Source: Octopus bimaculoides (Eukaryota). From it: a DNA stretch of 64,000 bases. The DNA lies in the NCBI RefSeq assembly GCF_001194135.2, contig NC_068981.1:90753813-90817812 (forward strand). Direction: 5' to 3'. The notes beneath the pieces were generated by a model. It was not told the origin of the DNA. It saw only the letters and a program-made list of their open reading frames with translations, and did not search any database. Made by a program: the position numbers and the translations under genes. How positions within the stretch are numbered: the first letter of the stretch is position 1; each line of letters opens with the position of its first letter. This document shows positions 61,477 through 64,000 of this stretch, in pieces.

Positions 61477-61989
61477 GCATTCTTTTAGTCTTTCACTTGT
61501 TTCAGTCATTTGACTGCGGCCATGCTGAAGCACCGCCTTCAGTTGAACAAATAGACCTCAGGACTTATTCTTTGTAAGCCTAGTACTTATTCTATCGGTC
61601 TCTTTTGCCAAACCGTTATGTTACGGGGACGTAAATACACCAGCATCGGTTGTCAGGTGAGGATGGGGGAACACAGACACACGAGCATACATACATATAA
61701 GCTTGACATGGTTGATTCTTTCTTGTCTTGGGATTCACGATCAAACGGCTGGGTGGAATTGCACGATAATCTATACATATATGTAGATTGATCCGGTGGT
61801 AATGCTGAGCCTTGTTTTTTTTTTTTTTCATAGCTTTCATGGTTACCGAGATAATCTACATAACATGGAAGTTGACGTCTCCCAATATGTAATTCCAGAC
61901 TTCTTCTTTGGGGAATTGTGCGAACAAATGTTATCCTCCCTCCCATTGTGACAAACCAAGGAAGAGAAAAGCATACCAGAGAATGATAA

Positions 61990-62880
61990 AACCGACCACC
62001 GAATTGAAACACAAAATGGCAATGGATAAATGAACAACGCGTCCATGACCGGCATCACTGGCGAAAAAGTGCAAGTCAGCCTGGGCGAGCTTGAAAAATA
62101 TAAAAGCTTATTGCAGAACAAGTAGCTAACCCCACCAGAAGTGATGTACGACACAAAACGCAAGACAATAGTTTACAGAACGCTGTCCCTGGTTACGAAA
62201 AAGATAAAGATGTCATCTAAGGATGCTATCGAAAAGTGCCTATTACCAATTTGGTGCAGTCGAAGTGAGATTCGCTTCTGAAGAGGAGGCAAAGGAACAC
62301 TCTATGTCTCCCTTAAAGTCAGCAGATCTGGTGTTACTGCCGACTTACCTCGGAAGGCAAACATCGAAAATAAGGATAGGAGAGGTCCCACCAGAGATCA
62401 ATGTTTAGTGGCTGGTGGCAGCAGTACTGCTGAACCGAGAGGATAGAGCCACTGTCCTTTAGGCTACCAAGCCACACCAGCAGAACTGTGGGGTTAAGGT
62501 CTGGAGTTAATAACCAAGGCCACAGAGAGGAACTTGGAAGAGATACCAGAACAAATAATACGACCGGACAAGACCACATCAAGAGTCATGGTGGAGGGAA
62601 GAAGTCCAAGGTACATTAAGTGTGGGAAAAAGGGCTACATAGAAACCACGTGTCCACAGGTCCTACAATCAAAAGGACCTCTTCTTCCTATCAACCCTCC
62701 ATAGTCTGATGACCCGAAAGAAAGCAAGAGGGAGCCAACTCGTACCGTGATGAAACAACCCATCAACTCACCACAAACTGATGACCTGAAGGAAGACAGA
62801 AGGAAGTCAAGCAGCACCACAATGGAACAACCCATCACAGACCCATCACAGACTGACAACCTGAAAGAAGAAAAAAAAAA
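61990..62880 (+). mobile_element. LINE ORF1 (gag-like) remnant with degenerate zinc knuckle
   Basis: VEVRFASEEEAK..LLPTYLGRQTSKIRIGEVPPEI and VMVEGRSPRYIKCGKKGYIETTCP (~62585-62657; a decayed CX2CX4HX4C). Stops and frameshifts; L1/Tx1-like assignment is tentative. Confidence 0.55.
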
Positions 62881-62883
62881 AGA

Positions 62884-63388
62884 GTAGGAGTGGCTGTGTG
62901 GTAAGTAGCTTGCTTACCAACCACATGGTTTCCGCGTTCAGTCCTACTGCGTGGCACCTTGGGCAAGTGTCTTCTACTATAGCCTCAAGCCGACCAAAGC
63001 CTTGTGAGTGGATTTGATAGACGGAAACTGAAAGAAGCCCGTCGTATATATATGTATATATNNNNNNNNNNNNNNNNNNNNNNNNNNNNNNNNNNNNNNN
63101 NNNNNNNNNNNNNNNNNNNNNNNNNNNNNNNNNNNNNNNNNNNNNNNNNNNNNNNNNNNNNNNNNNNNNNNNNNNNNNNNNNNNNNNNNNNNNNNNNNNN
63201 NNNNNNNNNNNNNNNNNNNNNNNNNNNNNNNNNNNNNNNNNNNNNNNNNNNNNNNNNNNNNNNNNNNNNNNNNNNNNNNNNNNNNNNNNNNNNNNNNNNN
63301 NNNNNNNNNNNNNNNNNNNNNNNNNNNNNNNNNNNNNNNNNNNNNNNNNNNNNNNNGGCCACAGTCAAATGACTGAAACAAGTAAAAA
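62884..63388 (+). mobile_element. Family A SINE inserted in the A-rich tract of the ORF1 remnant (spans a gap)
   Basis: Head gagtaggagtggctgtgtgg; tail gactgaaacaagtaaaaagaaaaaaa. Confidence 0.8.
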
Positions 63389-64000
63389 GAAAAAAAGTCG
63401 ACCAACACCACGATGAAGCAACCTATTAACCCACCACTCCAAACAAAGAAGCCATCACAAAGAAGCAAAGACAACCAAAAACCCGCATTTACACGATACA
63501 CACACAAAACACAAACAACCTGCTCATTTTTCTCAAACAAAGCCACATATAATCCATTCACACCGGGGTAAAATAAACCACTCTAGCTAAACATGCCTAC
63601 AGAAATTCACGTGTTATCCCATAATTAGCCCCTCCACACCCAAATACCAGCGAACTCAAAGGACAATGCAATGCTCTTTTTCATCAATTGTTACTCGTCA
63701 TTTTATCATGTTGATTCAACCCATTTTGTCTGGCCTGTGAATAAAGAGTGTATACCTTGCTACATGTGTCAGATGATTAAACGTAAGTACCAGTGATAAA
63801 AAAAGAAAGAAAAAGATTTAAGTCTATCAAGAATAATCAAATGGAAAATTTAGAGACGGTCAGTATTCTTATGTCATTGTCAAATTTGACCTGTGTGGTG
63901 AGGTCACCTATCCAGTTCTCACAGGTGGGATGGTGTACACACACACACACACATACACACACACACACACACACGCACACACACACACACACACACACAC

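Overview
AT-rich, repeat-dense animal genomic DNA with 11 assembly gaps (N runs). The SINE families, (CA)n/(TA)n/(ATT)n microsatellites and intron sizes look like an octopus or other coleoid cephalopod; this is inferred, not checked against a database. One protein-coding gene is supported: a + strand EF-hand-containing rhomboid intramembrane serine protease (RHBDL1/2/3 / Drosophila Rhomboid-4 type). Eight phase-consistent coding exons between 17540 and 51713 give 1044 nt (347 aa plus stop), including the WR motif, HxxxN, catalytic GASGG serine and AHIGG histidine. The start-codon exon was not found. The rest is introns and flanks filled with tRNA-derived SINEs, MITEs and decayed LINE and DNA-transposon fragments (RTE, R4/Dong-like, HERO/NeSL-like, mariner, hAT, Merlin/ISXO2-like). 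Best leads: (1) a candidate 4-nt microexon between the catalytic-Ser exon and the next exon; (2) near-perfect intronic hairpins close to exons; (3) a perfect 17-bp x 11 array built from an insertion junction just after the stop codon; (4) a sharp CpG-retention boundary near 59.6 kb; (5) a ~150-bp duplication flanking a SINE.
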